A stretch of DNA of 64,000 nucleotides from Thermoproteota archaeon. GTDB taxonomy: Archaea; Thermoproteota; Methanomethylicia; Methanomethylicales; Methanomethylicaceae. The stretch is taken from assembly GCA_029887795.1 (NCBI GenBank), contig JARXPE010000003.1, forward strand, positions 28,600-92,599, given 5' to 3'. Both the position numbers and the translations under genes were made by a program. The notes under the pieces were generated by a model. That model was not told where the DNA came from. It was given only the letters and a program-made list of their open reading frames with translations, and searched no databases. Positions 30,641 through 40,900 of the stretch are shown here, piece after piece. How positions within the stretch are numbered: position 1 is the first letter of the stretch; each line of letters starts with the position of its first letter.

Positions 30641-32008
30641 GTGGTGGAAATCTTGAGATCCAAAATACCAACGGTCCTAACGATAGCAGGCTCGGATTCT
30701 GGGGGAGGCGCTGGGATTGAGGCGGACCTGAAGACTTTTGCTTCCATTGGAGTTCATGGACTTGTTGCCCTAACGGCAGTCACGGCACAAAACACCACAG
30801 GAGTCATTGGCGTTCACGAACTCCCTCCCGAGATGGTGAGTCTTCAGATAGAAGCCGTGGTAAGGGATATTGGTGTTGATTTCGCAAAGACCGGAATGTT
30901 GTCATCCTCAACAATAATTAGAGAGGTTGCAAAAGCAATCAAAAAGTTTGGCTTGAAGGTTGTGGTAGATCCCGTGATGGTGGCAAAGTCTGGGGCTCCA
31001 TTGCTCCGAAGCGAGGCGGTTCTTTCACTCAAGGAGGAGCTTATTCCGTTGGCCGAGGTCGTCACTCCCAACTTGGATGAAGCCGAAGCACTCACTGGAA
31101 TGGAAATAAACTCAGTCGAAGACTCTATCAAAGCTGGAAAGTATCTTTTGAGTCTGGGTCCAAAAGCCGTGGTGGTGAAAGGTGGACATCTGAAAGGCGA
31201 TGCCGTGGACATCCTTTGCACGAGTGAGGGCTCTGTTAAGGAATACCGTTCCCCGAGAGTGGAGTCTTCTACAACCCACGGCACAGGATGCACATTCTCT
31301 TCTGCGATAGCTGCCTACCTGGCGCTCGGACTTTCTCTTGAAGACGCGGTTAAAGAGGCAAAGAACTTCGTTCTGAATGCAATTCTTTATGGACTTAAAA
31401 TAGGCAAAGGTGTGGGTCCCGTTGAACCGATGAGCAATCTGAGAATTGATGCCGAGCGCTACCGAGTGATCGCGAGAATGCAAGATGCTTTAAGCGTGCT
31501 AGAGTCAGCAGGGTCGATTGCACAGTTGGTGCCTGAGTGCCAGATAAACTTGGTTATGGCTTTGCCTCATCAATATGCAAAGAGTGTCGAGGCAGTTTGT
31601 GGCGTGCCTGGGAGGATCACAAATGTAGGGGGAAGGTTAAGAGCTTCCTCCTGTCCTACCTTTGGCGCCTCAAAACACGTCGCTAACGTGGTGCTCACAG
31701 TGATGGAATACGATCCAGCAATGAGATCGGCGATGAACATTCGGTACTCGAAAGAGATAATATCCAAATGCCAAAGCTTGGGATGGACTATAGGTTACTA
31801 TGACAGGACCAAAGAACCTCCAGAAGTGAAAGAAAAAGAGGGTGCCACAATACCATGGGGCGTCAGAGAGGCCATAAAATCAGCAGGTCGCGTGCCCGAT
31901 GTAATATACCATACGGGAGATCATGGAAAGGAGCCGATGGTTATAATATTGGGTAAGGATCCTGTGGAAGTGGTCATGCGCGCTTTAAAGTTGTCCAATT
32001 CGCTCTAG
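30641..32008 (+). CDS. thiDN: Bifunctional HMP/HMP-P kinase (ThiD) with C-terminal ThiN thiamine-phosphate synthase domain (ThiDN)
   Basis: N-terminal ThiD blocks ([43 protein letters not shown]) plus a roughly 180-aa ThiN domain. Confidence 0.8.
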   Translation: MVEILRSKIPTVLTIAGSDSGGGAGIEADLKTFASIGVHGLVALTAVTAQNTTGVIGVHELPPEMVSLQIEAVVRDIGVDFAKTGMLSSSTIIREVAKAIKKFGLKVVVDPVMVAKSGAPLLRSEAVLSLKEELIPLAEVVTPNLDEAEALTGMEINSVEDSIKAGKYLLSLGPKAVVVKGGHLKGDAVDILCTSEGSVKEYRSPRVESSTTHGTGCTFSSAIAAYLALGLSLEDAVKEAKNFVLNAILYGLKIGKGVGPVEPMSNLRIDAERYRVIARMQDALSVLESAGSIAQLVPECQINLVMALPHQYAKSVEAVCGVPGRITNVGGRLRASSCPTFGASKHVANVVLTVMEYDPAMRSAMNIRYSKEIISKCQSLGWTIGYYDRTKEPPEVKEKEGATIPWGVREAIKSAGRVPDVIYHTGDHGKEPMVIILGKDPVEVVMRALKLSNSL

Positions 32009-32520
32009 CCCCTCCAAATCTCCAAGTTGAGGACTTGCCCTGAAATCTGGTCGAAGAGCCCGCTCCTCACACCCTCCAAGAAGGATACCACTTTGAATAA
32101 TGGTACGATCAGTACTTTTTCATATTCGACTATTCTCTCCTCATAAAGAGTCACAATAATGGGAATGATGATCACGGTCTTCCAGTTGCCAACGTTAAGA
32201 GGTTTAAACTCCTGTATTTTGCCCAAGAATTCTAGACTCCGGCTCAGTTGTCTCAAAGCAGAAATTTTAAGGGCTGAAGCTTTCCCTCGTCTCAGATTCC
32301 ATCGTTTGCAATCAGCCAAAATTATCCTTGGATTCTCCATGGCTATGACATCTATCTCGTATTTCTTTCTCTTGGAAGAAAATCTAAAATTTCTGAAGGT
32401 TAAAAACCCTGCCTCTGTCATTATTGCTGATGTGAGCTCCTCGAAATCTTTCCACCCTGCTTTTTTCAAGATCTCCTCAAATGGCTCGCCACGTCTCAGC
32501 TTGAACTCTATTTCTTTCAA
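32005..32520 (-). CDS. PD-(D/E)xK nuclease-fold protein (Hjc/Mrr-like), hypothetical
   Basis: YEIDVIA ...(11)... ILADCKRW matches the D...(D/E)xK core. Confidence 0.4.
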   Translation of the reverse strand: MKEIEFKLRRGEPFEEILKKAGWKDFEELTSAIMTEAGFLTFRNFRFSSKRKKYEIDVIAMENPRIILADCKRWNLRRGKASALKISALRQLSRSLEFLGKIQEFKPLNVGNWKTVIIIPIIVTLYEERIVEYEKVLIVPLFKVVSFLEGVRSGLFDQISGQVLNLEIWRG

Positions 32521-33356
32521 AGAGATCGTTTTACCGCACCTCTTCCGAAGAGTACGCTGGGGGGGAGTCTTGCTATTGGCGGGGTAGAAAGTTTATGTGC
32601 ATTCTCAATAACCCTTCTCAAAACCGTTTCAACTTTTTGCCTATTTTCTTCCCCAACAATTTCAACAATCTTGCTAAAACCATATCCAAGGTCCAAATGG
32701 TAATAAAGTACTGCATCTATCATATCGTAATCCATCCCCAACTCCTCCTTTATGGAGTGCCCCGGCCAGAGTCTTGGGCTGCTCTGTTTCTCTGCTATCT
32801 CGTCAGGCACGCCCAGATGCTTTGCTAGCAGCCTCACTTGAGTCTTATACAAGCCTCCAATGGGCAATATATCAACGCCGCCGTCGCCATACTTGGTAAA
32901 ATAACCGATCGCGAGTTCGCTTCTGTCGCCGCTTCCAACAACGATCCTCTTCTCGAGGTTCGCGAAGTAGTAAAGTATTGTCATTCTTATTCTAGCCTTA
33001 AGATTTCCCTCCGCTACTCTATCACCAAATCTGCCAACATGTTTTAGAAAACTCTCTACGATCTCTGTTATTTCAATAATCTTGTACCTTAAACCAAAGA
33101 TCTCTGCAACCTTCACAGCATCTTCAAGATCCACTTTGGGGGTTGAAGTTGCTTCTGGCATTATTAGGGCTAGTATCTTATCTCTTCTCAAAGCTCTTGC
33201 CAAAATCCCTGCGGTCGTCGAAGAGTCCAAACCGCCGCTAAGCCCAAAGACAACCTCCCGGTCTTTAACCACTTCTTTTATAAACTCTATTATTACCCTC
33301 TCAGCCCCTGCCACATCCAATCGTTGCAGTTCCTCAACCAACATGTTCTTTCCCAT
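32517..33356 (-). CDS. nadE: NH3-dependent NAD+ synthetase
   Basis: PP-loop SGGLDSS; YFTKYGDGG block; 279 aa. Confidence 0.85.
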   Translation of the reverse strand: MGKNMLVEELQRLDVAGAERVIIEFIKEVVKDREVVFGLSGGLDSSTTAGILARALRRDKILALIMPEATSTPKVDLEDAVKVAEIFGLRYKIIEITEIVESFLKHVGRFGDRVAEGNLKARIRMTILYYFANLEKRIVVGSGDRSELAIGYFTKYGDGGVDILPIGGLYKTQVRLLAKHLGVPDEIAEKQSSPRLWPGHSIKEELGMDYDMIDAVLYYHLDLGYGFSKIVEIVGEENRQKVETVLRRVIENAHKLSTPPIARLPPSVLFGRGAVKRSL

Positions 33357-33475
33357 TCCAGATCTATGTAAAATCGTATAAAAACGTAAACATCCCCAAT
33401 CCAGATGCTAGGCGACTTCTTGCCGATAGAGTTAAATTTCGCACGCCATTATTATGGTAACAGGTTGATGTATTT

Positions 33476-33754
33476 ATGGCCACAAAAGATCAGATGATGG
33501 GTGCCGGAATACTCGCAGTCTCATTGGTTCTAATAATTGTTTACATTTACTGGCTCTTCTTCTCTCCATATAGCTGGTGGGCAATAGTTATCCCTGTGTT
33601 CATCGGGGTTCTAGCGGTGCTTGGCATCGCTGGGTGGATCGGATATACTATGGCTACGACCCCGCCTCCCAAGCCACTTGACGAGTTGCCTGAGTTCAAA
33701 GAACCTGAGAAGAAAGAGCCTTCCGAAAGTAGCGAATCTCACAAGAAGAATTAA
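33476..33754 (+). CDS. Small membrane protein (two transmembrane helices, acidic/Lys-rich tail)
   Basis: Two hydrophobic helices followed by PPPKPLDELPEFKEPEKKEPSESSE. Confidence 0.35.
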   Translation: MATKDQMMGAGILAVSLVLIIVYIYWLFFSPYSWWAIVIPVFIGVLAVLGIAGWIGYTMATTPPPKPLDELPEFKEPEKKEPSESSESHKKN

Positions 33755-33886
33755 ACTGTGTAAGGTAAACTATAGACTGCAAGTTGTAAGCTGAAATTTG
33801 AAAATAGTAGTAAGGGTTAAGCTATTAACACTGAAAATCCACAGGCTAATATTGTCCTTCTCTCTAATAGATTGATGGTGAAATAA

Positions 33887-34567
33887 GTGAAGGTTTCATA
33901 TCCGCTTGTTCTGATAAACTATAAGACCTATCTGGAATCCCTTGGAAATAGGGGCGTTTTACTTGCGAAGACTGTTGAAAGAATCTCGAGAGAGTACGGA
34001 GTCTGCATGGCCGTAGCGCCACAATTTGTGGACATTACAAGGATATCAAAAGAAGTGTCGATTCCAGTCTTCTCCCAGCACTTAGACCCGGAACCACCTG
34101 GATCCCACACCGGTCACATCACCCCGGAATCTATCAAGGAAGCAGGCGCATGTGGCACCCTCTTAAACCACTCAGAACGCCGCCTAAGGGCTGATATTAT
34201 AGAGGACTCGATAAAAAGAAGTAGAGAGCTGGGCCTTCTAACATGTGTATGCGCCAATACATCTATAATAGGCAAAGCATTATCGACCCTAAACCCTGAC
34301 ATGGTTGCAATAGAGCCACCAGAGCTTATAGGGAGTGGAATCTCTGTATCCAAAGCCAAGCCCGAAGTCATAAGGTCTTCAGTTGAGATGATAAAGTCTG
34401 TGAGTCCTTCAGTGCGCGTTCTCTGTGGGGCCGGCATAACAGAAGGCATTGATGTCTCGAGGGCAATAGAGCTCGGCTCCGAAGGGGTACTAGTTGCATC
34501 AGGCGTCGTAAAGGCTAAGGATCCTGAGAAGATCTTGAAGGATTTTGCGAACTCCCTCTCCAGATAA
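33887..34567 (+). CDS. tpiA: Triosephosphate isomerase (archaeal short type)
   Basis: LINYKTY...NHSERR...IEPPELIGSG...CGAGI is the archaeal TIM signature. GTG start behind a GGTGA ribosome-binding site. Confidence 0.85.
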   Translation: MKVSYPLVLINYKTYLESLGNRGVLLAKTVERISREYGVCMAVAPQFVDITRISKEVSIPVFSQHLDPEPPGSHTGHITPESIKEAGACGTLLNHSERRLRADIIEDSIKRSRELGLLTCVCANTSIIGKALSTLNPDMVAIEPPELIGSGISVSKAKPEVIRSSVEMIKSVSPSVRVLCGAGITEGIDVSRAIELGSEGVLVASGVVKAKDPEKILKDFANSLSR

Positions 34568-34639
34568 TTTTTTGTATATTAATGTACAACAACGTTTAAA
34601 TATAGCTATTTATAACCTATTCAGTCCACTGGTGATCCC

Positions 34640-36004
34640 ATGTCTACTGATAAGACCAAAATACGTGTAGACCTCTCATTAGAAGAGATTCCTAAGTATT
34701 GGTACAACATCCTTCCAGATTTACCTGAACCGATGCCGCCCCCCCTAGACCCCTCGACCAAAAAACCCATCAGTCCTGAGGCACTCTTTGCGATTTTTCC
34801 CAAATCTTTAGTCATGCAGGAAGTTTCAACAGAGCGCTTTGTACAAATACCCGATGAGGTAAGGGAGATATATGCCCGATTGGGCAGACCGACCCCCCTC
34901 ATAAGGGCGAGAAGACTGGAAGAACACCTCCAAACCCCTGCCGAGATATACTACAAATACGAGGGTGTATCTCCCGCCGGCAGCCACAAGGGAAACACAG
35001 CGGTGGCTCAGGCCTACTACAACATGAAGGAGGGCGTGGAGCGGCTGGTCACAGAGACAGGAGCTGGTCAGTGGGGGACAGCGCTGGCGCTGGCAACATC
35101 CTTCTTCAACCTCAAATGCAGGGTCTTTATGACAAGGGCATCCTACAACCAGAAGCCCTACCGACGGATCGTTATGGAACTTTATGGGGCTGAGGTGTTT
35201 CCTTCCCCGAGCACGGTAACAGACTTTGGGCGAAAAGTTCTGAGGGAGCGACCAGACCACCCCGGAAGCCTAGGTGTGGCAATAAGCGAGGCAATAGAAA
35301 CCGTGATTAAAGATCCAAAATCCAAATACTCCTTGGGCTCTGTTTTGAACCACGTTCTTATGCACCAGACGGTCATCGGTCAAGAAGCAAAAATACAGAT
35401 GGCGATGATCGACCGGACTCCGGACTATGTAATTGGCTGCGTGGGAGGAGGCAGCAATTACGCTGGTTTAGCTTATCCCTTCATACAGGAAAAACTTAAT
35501 GGAAAACTCGAGGCAGACTTCATATCTGTGGAGCCCACCGCAGTCCCATCATTCACCAAGGGGGTATATGCTTACGACTTTGGCGATACTGCTGGACTTA
35601 CACCCCTGCTTCCAATGTACACGGTAGGGCATAATTTCGTGACCCCCCCAATACACGCTGGCGGGCTGAGATACCATGGCAAGGCACCGTCCATGAGCAT
35701 TCTCGTCAAAAACCGCGTCATTAAACCTGTGGCCGTCACCCAGAAGAATGTTTTTGAGGCCGGAAAGACGTTTTCACGATGCGAGGGTATTGTTCCAGCC
35801 CCGGAGAGCGCCCATGCAGTTTACATGGCTATGGAGATCGCAAGAATGTGCAAGGAAAAGAACGAGAAGAAGGTCATACTCTTCAACTTGAGCGGACACG
35901 GTCTTTTAGATCTGGGAGGTTATGGGGAATATCTTTCTGGCGCCTTACCCGAGAACTGCGAGCCGAAGGGCTTCGCTTTTGATGACTTGCCTCTTAAAAT
36001 CTAG
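34640..36004 (+). CDS. trpB2: Tryptophan synthase beta-like protein, TrpB2 type
   Basis: PLP Lys region [23 protein letters not shown]; GxGGGSN block [11 protein letters not shown]; 454 aa with the N-terminal extension typical of TrpB2; no trpA adjacent. Confidence 0.85.
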   Translation: MSTDKTKIRVDLSLEEIPKYWYNILPDLPEPMPPPLDPSTKKPISPEALFAIFPKSLVMQEVSTERFVQIPDEVREIYARLGRPTPLIRARRLEEHLQTPAEIYYKYEGVSPAGSHKGNTAVAQAYYNMKEGVERLVTETGAGQWGTALALATSFFNLKCRVFMTRASYNQKPYRRIVMELYGAEVFPSPSTVTDFGRKVLRERPDHPGSLGVAISEAIETVIKDPKSKYSLGSVLNHVLMHQTVIGQEAKIQMAMIDRTPDYVIGCVGGGSNYAGLAYPFIQEKLNGKLEADFISVEPTAVPSFTKGVYAYDFGDTAGLTPLLPMYTVGHNFVTPPIHAGGLRYHGKAPSMSILVKNRVIKPVAVTQKNVFEAGKTFSRCEGIVPAPESAHAVYMAMEIARMCKEKNEKKVILFNLSGHGLLDLGGYGEYLSGALPENCEPKGFAFDDLPLKI

Positions 36005-36083
36005 TCTGCTTTGATTCGATTCCAACTATTTCTTATTTTCCTTCTATTCCACATTGTGAATAACTGATGCTTACAAAGTAAGG

Positions 36084-36587
36084 TTAGCTAAGGCTCACTT
36101 TAGTCACAGTGGGTATTGTCAAGAGCTTTGAGACAACTTCTCCTGGTATTTTCCTCTCAGTTATTATCAGCAATTTAGGATCAGGATTCAGATCTGGATC
36201 CTCTGCCAAAATCTGTCTAATACTAACCCCTGCCTCGGCTATGTGGCTTGTTGCTTTTGCTATCACCCCAACTGCGTCTGGACGCGCCCTGATCTCAACA
36301 ACACTGTAGCCCAATTCCGGCGCCACATCTTTCAAAAAACTGCCTGCAGGCCTCAACCCAGAAAAAATCCTCTTCATCCTGGCGTCGCTCAAGATGTCCT
36401 TAACAGCCTCCCTGACAACTCTCCTGTCGACCTTGACCGCCTTGGCTATGCTGGTATCTGCTATCTCAACGTTGCCACAGACAACTTTACCTTTTTCATT
36501 AATGCTAAAACCTAGCTCAACCATCAGTCTAGCCACCTTGAGCTTCGCTGGTGCACCAGAGAAGAATTTCTCTATCTCTTTCCACAT
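36084..36587 (-). CDS. ACT-domain putative regulator (COG2150-like)
   Basis: N-terminal helical region plus C-terminal ACT-like beta-alpha-beta-beta-alpha-beta segment (VVEIRARPDAVGVIAKATSHIAEAGVSI). Start tentatively at internal M7 behind AGGGA; the track start is 36605. Confidence 0.45.
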   Translation of the reverse strand: MWKEIEKFFSGAPAKLKVARLMVELGFSINEKGKVVCGNVEIADTSIAKAVKVDRRVVREAVKDILSDARMKRIFSGLRPAGSFLKDVAPELGYSVVEIRARPDAVGVIAKATSHIAEAGVSIRQILAEDPDLNPDPKLLIITERKIPGEVVSKLLTIPTVTKVSLS

Positions 36588-36713
36588 ACTAATTTCCCTG
36601 TACAATTATATGCAAAAACGCTTATATATGGTTATTCTAAACAAATCATTCCCAAATGTCTCAACCTTCTAAACGGAATCAAGACTGGTATCCACAAATT
36701 ATTACTCTTGAAT

Positions 36714-37268
36714 TTACTCTTGATCTCCACCCACACCAACAACTATCGTCCCGATATTGGGATCGTCCTCAGAGACTCCAAACTTCTTCTTCAAATAAAG
36801 ATCTGCAGGGGGAGACGGGCTTCCTACAACTATTCCCAAACCTGCTAACTCAGGTATTTGAAGGGGGAGCATGATTAAGCTGATCTTGTCAATCTTCTCT
36901 TTTATCAGACGCATCTTGTCTTTGTAGAATACAAGGTTTCCCATAACAATATTGCCCTCATTTTTTAGCTTTTCCAACTCCCCCTCATCATAGACGTCCT
37001 CACCAATGGTTTCCTCATCGCAGACTATCTTTACGAGCGACGTCTTTGGCCATCTGAGACTTGCGTTGGTTATACAGGCATAAACGGCTTTCTTGCGAAG
37101 GGCCTCTCTGACACCCAAATTTATGCCTTTGCATAGTCCCATTAAGACCTTTCCCTCAGCCTCCCTCTCTAGCCTTTCGATCTCAGCCCGGTCCTCTTGG
37201 CTTAAGAGTGTAGCCTTTATGATTCCCTTCAGTCCCATCAATTTTTCCAGAACATTACCTTCTGACAT
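36714..37268 (-). CDS. Uncharacterised protein; last gene of the mmp/A2/RACo operon
   Basis: 184 aa; overlaps the 3' end of the RACo-like gene by 14 nt, which suggests cotranscription. Confidence 0.4.
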   Translation of the reverse strand: MSEGNVLEKLMGLKGIIKATLLSQEDRAEIERLEREAEGKVLMGLCKGINLGVREALRKKAVYACITNASLRWPKTSLVKIVCDEETIGEDVYDEGELEKLKNEGNIVMGNLVFYKDKMRLIKEKIDKISLIMLPLQIPELAGLGIVVGSPSPPADLYLKKKFGVSEDDPNIGTIVVGVGGDQE

Positions 37269-39156
37269 ATCTCCTCACGACCCTTGGTGCCTTAACATTG
37301 GCTACTACCTCAGGAAAATCTTCCAGTTTACTATTGGGCATGTACATGGCATTAACGTATTCCTCCTCAAAAATTGGTTCTGCTGCCAGCTCTACATACT
37401 TAACCGCCTTCGCGATAGCCCCTGCCTCACACCTCATCTCTACTGATTTGAGGCACATCCTCGCACCAGATCCAGCTGTATTCCCCAAAAATGAGATCTT
37501 GGATATTGGCAGCTCCGGTATCATCCCTATCGTTCTGGCATTCTCGGGATCTATGTAATTCCCAAAAGCGCCAGCTATTATTATCCCCGATAGGTCTTCT
37601 CTCCTGAAACCACTCTTTCTCATGAGCGTCATGTACCCTGCATACATCGCAGCTTTTGCCTTCTGAATCTCCCTAATGTCCTCCTGAGTTATTACAATGT
37701 CCTCTTTTCCGGATGCTGTATCCTCTTTAAACACCAAGACAAACTCCTTTCCGTCTGCCCCGTCCCTGATCCTCTTATGATCTTGAAGCACGATCTTTCC
37801 TGACATATCAATTACTCCTCTTTTGAGCATCTCCGCGACCGCGTCTATTATGCCCGAACCACAAATGCCTCTGGCTCTCTCTCCGTCTATAGTATTGTAC
37901 TCCACCTCAAAATCCTCTCCAATCTTGACTTTTTCTATGGCGCCGCTGGCGGCTCTCATTCCGCATTTGATGTGTGCCCCTTCAAATGCTGGACCTGACG
38001 CGGTCGAGCATGACCATAGCCCCTCCTTACATCCCAATACTACCTCGGTATTTGTTCCTACATCCATTAGCAGCGTCAACCTCTCCTTCTCATGTATTCT
38101 AGACGCTAAAATATCCGCTATCGCATCAGCCCCGACAAAACCCGCAACGTTTGGGAGCGTATGAATATTGCCCGCCGGGTTTATCCTAATGCCCAAATCC
38201 CTAGCTCTGACATTGTAAGCATTCCCCAAAACTGGGGGGTAAGGTGAAAATCCGAGTGACCTGACATTAAGCCCCAAGAAGAGGTGATGCATCGCTGTAT
38301 TTCCCACAGCCACAAGCTCGTAGAGGTCTTCTCTCCTGATACCTGTTTCCTCAAGCCCTCTATCTATGAGTGAATTTATGCCGTCGATTATTGCTTTTTG
38401 AATTTCTCTAAGGTTTTCATCAGACTGGGAGGCGTATCCTATCCTTGATATGACATCTTCTCCATACCTTATCTGCGGATTCATTATGCCATCTGCGAAT
38501 ATGATCCCTCCATCCAATAAGTCCACTATGAAGACGGCAAGCTTGGTTGTACCTATATCCACTGCTACCCCATAGAGTTCTTTGGTTCTGTCCCCCAGCT
38601 GAATATTCACAATCTCATGATTATTCAAGATTGTAAAAGTAACCTTCCAATCACCCTCCCTTAGTATCTTTGGCATCTTCTTAATGGTATCATAATCTAT
38701 TAGAACTGGATCAAACCCCATTCCTGCCAGGACCTGGGCGATCCTGACATCGTCTCCCTTAGGATCTTGAAGAGAGGGTGGCAAAACTTCCACATAGACT
38801 TTTTTGACGTTCGGCCTCAGAGTGATTGCAGGCTCCTTGCCCATTATCACGAGCCTCTGTCTCCCGACCCTGCTTTGGTCTGGTACTTGGACCACCATGT
38901 CCTCCTCAACAATTAACTGGCACGCCAGGCGGTAGCCTTTTCTTATTCTCTCATCACCGACCCTTTTCTTCTCTTGTTCAGTAGGGGGCGGGGCTCTTCC
39001 CTCAAGTATTTCAACTAGACATTTACCGCAGAAACCCTTTCCGCCGCAGATGTTTGCCAAATCGACTCCTGCCCTCAGTGCCGCAAACATGACAGTGGAT
39101 CCTGCGGGGACTGAAACCCTCTTCCCCTCAGGCAAGAACTTCACTTCAAACTCCAT
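37255..39156 (-). CDS. RACo/RamA-like ATP-dependent reductive activase (N-terminal 2Fe-2S ferredoxin domain plus ASKHA ATPase/DUF4445)
   Basis: N-terminal plant-type ferredoxin Cys pattern (CGGKGFCGKC...C). Central VAVDIGTTK and DVGTNTE ASKHA phosphate motifs. Start ATG overlaps the stop of the upstream A2-like gene (atggagtttga). Confidence 0.65.
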   Translation of the reverse strand: MEFEVKFLPEGKRVSVPAGSTVMFAALRAGVDLANICGGKGFCGKCLVEILEGRAPPPTEQEKKRVGDERIRKGYRLACQLIVEEDMVVQVPDQSRVGRQRLVIMGKEPAITLRPNVKKVYVEVLPPSLQDPKGDDVRIAQVLAGMGFDPVLIDYDTIKKMPKILREGDWKVTFTILNNHEIVNIQLGDRTKELYGVAVDIGTTKLAVFIVDLLDGGIIFADGIMNPQIRYGEDVISRIGYASQSDENLREIQKAIIDGINSLIDRGLEETGIRREDLYELVAVGNTAMHHLFLGLNVRSLGFSPYPPVLGNAYNVRARDLGIRINPAGNIHTLPNVAGFVGADAIADILASRIHEKERLTLLMDVGTNTEVVLGCKEGLWSCSTASGPAFEGAHIKCGMRAASGAIEKVKIGEDFEVEYNTIDGERARGICGSGIIDAVAEMLKRGVIDMSGKIVLQDHKRIRDGADGKEFVLVFKEDTASGKEDIVITQEDIREIQKAKAAMYAGYMTLMRKSGFRREDLSGIIIAGAFGNYIDPENARTIGMIPELPISKISFLGNTAGSGARMCLKSVEMRCEAGAIAKAVKYVELAAEPIFEEEYVNAMYMPNSKLEDFPEVVANVKAPRVVRRYVRR

Positions 39157-40828
39157 GCTTCGCCTCACCAAAATATCTGTTTATAACATCTTTTGGCTCG
39201 CCATCCATTATAACCTTCCCGTCCTTGATCAACACGCACCTATCAGCAACTTCCTCTACAAATTCTAATTGATGGCTGACCAGGATTATGGCTGGCTTGA
39301 ACCATATCTTTATCCTCTTGAGGAGGTTAGCTACCCTCCTAAGGGTCAAAGGGTCTAGATCCCCAAAGGGCTCGTCCAAAATCAAGACTTTGGGATTCGA
39401 TACCAAAGAGAGTGCCAAGGCGACCCTTATCTTCTCCCCACCAGACAATTGATAGGTTTTCTTTGTAAGTACCCCTTCGGTCATTCCGAACCATTCAAGG
39501 ATTTTTAAAGCCAACTCCTTTGCCTTCTCCGGATCTTTTTCTTTGAAGATCTCCTTTAAGAGGCTCCTGTCAAGCCCTGCCTCTTTGAGTTTTATCTCCA
39601 TCTCCCCTTCTGGCAGTTCTGCAAGCCTTCCCAGAACGTCAACCACCGCATCACTTATCCCCTTTCTCTCAGCCCTGCGAACCGCCTCCTCAAGCGACCT
39701 ATAGTCCTTTATTCCTATGAGCGCTGCAAAGAGTTCAAGTACGCTTGACCAGTAAGGGAGGTCGAACTCTTGGTGGAGAATTCCTATCCTCCGCCTCGCC
39801 CTGAGGCTCTTTCTCCCAAACTTCCCCAGAGGGACCCATTCTCCCCTGTAAAAGATCTTAACATCCCCTGCGTCTGGCAACTCTAAACCCGCCAACATCC
39901 TCATTATGACAGTCTTGCCAGCGCCAGAAGGTCCTACAATGCCCGTTATTTCCCCAGTTCTGAAATTTAGAGTGGTCTCCTTTAACTCAAAGACCTTACC
40001 ATACGGAACTAGTTTGTAAACCTTCCTCGTTTTTTCAATTTTGAGGACATCCTCCCCAAGGATCTTTACCTTACTAAGAGGCTCTTCAAGTCTGGAAAGA
40101 AAGCTCTCCACCACGGTTCTGGTTTCCCCCTCCATTGAAACCCTTCCCTTCTCAAGGAGTATGGCCCTGTCTGCCAAGGACATGTGAATTGAAGGATTAT
40201 GTGAGACGAAGAGGACGCTCATTCCGTACTCGTCCCTTGCTCTCTTCAAAGCATCAACCAATGCTGCCCTACTCTGGAAATCTGTCATAGTCCCAGGTTC
40301 GTCCAAGAGCAGGAGTCTTGGCCTTCTAGCGATCTGTCTAGCCACAATCAACCTTTGCTTTTCACCACCGCTGAGAACTCCTGACCAGAGATCTGCTCTA
40401 CTTTCCAGTCCCACAACCTTCAAGACTTCCATCGCCCTTGCCCTGTACTCCTCATACTCTCCTTCGTCTTGAGGAATTACCTCATCCCCGATATCATAAT
40501 ACACAAGCGCCCTCACCACGTTGTCCACAACGGAATCTGGCCACAGACCGAAGGTTCTCTGGAGCTGTATTGCAGTCCTTCTTTGTAGTTCCAGAAAAGA
40601 CTCTTTCGGGGAGTCCGGATTAACTTCGAGGTCTTCAAAGACTATTCTTCCGCCGTCGAAACCCTCAACACCCCTAAGAATTCTCAATAACGTTGTTTTG
40701 CCCGCCCCGCTCTCACCTAGGATTCCAACAATCTCGCCCCTGTCGAGTCGGAAAGAGACGGAGTCGAGCACCTTAAAGCCAGAAAAACTCTTGATAACAC
40801 CATCACACAAAAGCAACAATCGTATCAC
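39146..40828 (-). CDS. Second AtwA-like soluble tandem ABC ATPase (component A2 paralogue) with a long helical insert in cassette 2
   Basis: GESGAGKTT/LSGGEKQRLIVARQI/LLLDEPG and GPSGAGKT/LSGGEKIRVALALSL/ILDEPFG; no transmembrane domain. Roughly 80-aa insert (KDYRSLEEAVRRAERKG...KILEWFGM) between the Q-loop and the signature motif. Confidence 0.6.
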   Translation of the reverse strand: MIRLLLLCDGVIKSFSGFKVLDSVSFRLDRGEIVGILGESGAGKTTLLRILRGVEGFDGGRIVFEDLEVNPDSPKESFLELQRRTAIQLQRTFGLWPDSVVDNVVRALVYYDIGDEVIPQDEGEYEEYRARAMEVLKVVGLESRADLWSGVLSGGEKQRLIVARQIARRPRLLLLDEPGTMTDFQSRAALVDALKRARDEYGMSVLFVSHNPSIHMSLADRAILLEKGRVSMEGETRTVVESFLSRLEEPLSKVKILGEDVLKIEKTRKVYKLVPYGKVFELKETTLNFRTGEITGIVGPSGAGKTVIMRMLAGLELPDAGDVKIFYRGEWVPLGKFGRKSLRARRRIGILHQEFDLPYWSSVLELFAALIGIKDYRSLEEAVRRAERKGISDAVVDVLGRLAELPEGEMEIKLKEAGLDRSLLKEIFKEKDPEKAKELALKILEWFGMTEGVLTKKTYQLSGGEKIRVALALSLVSNPKVLILDEPFGDLDPLTLRRVANLLKRIKIWFKPAIILVSHQLEFVEEVADRCVLIKDGKVIMDGEPKDVINRYFGEAKHGV

Positions 40829-40900
40829 CGTAATGAGGATTTACTGAAACTACACTATCTCAAAACTATCTTCTCTATAAATTATTTCACCGTTTGCGCC

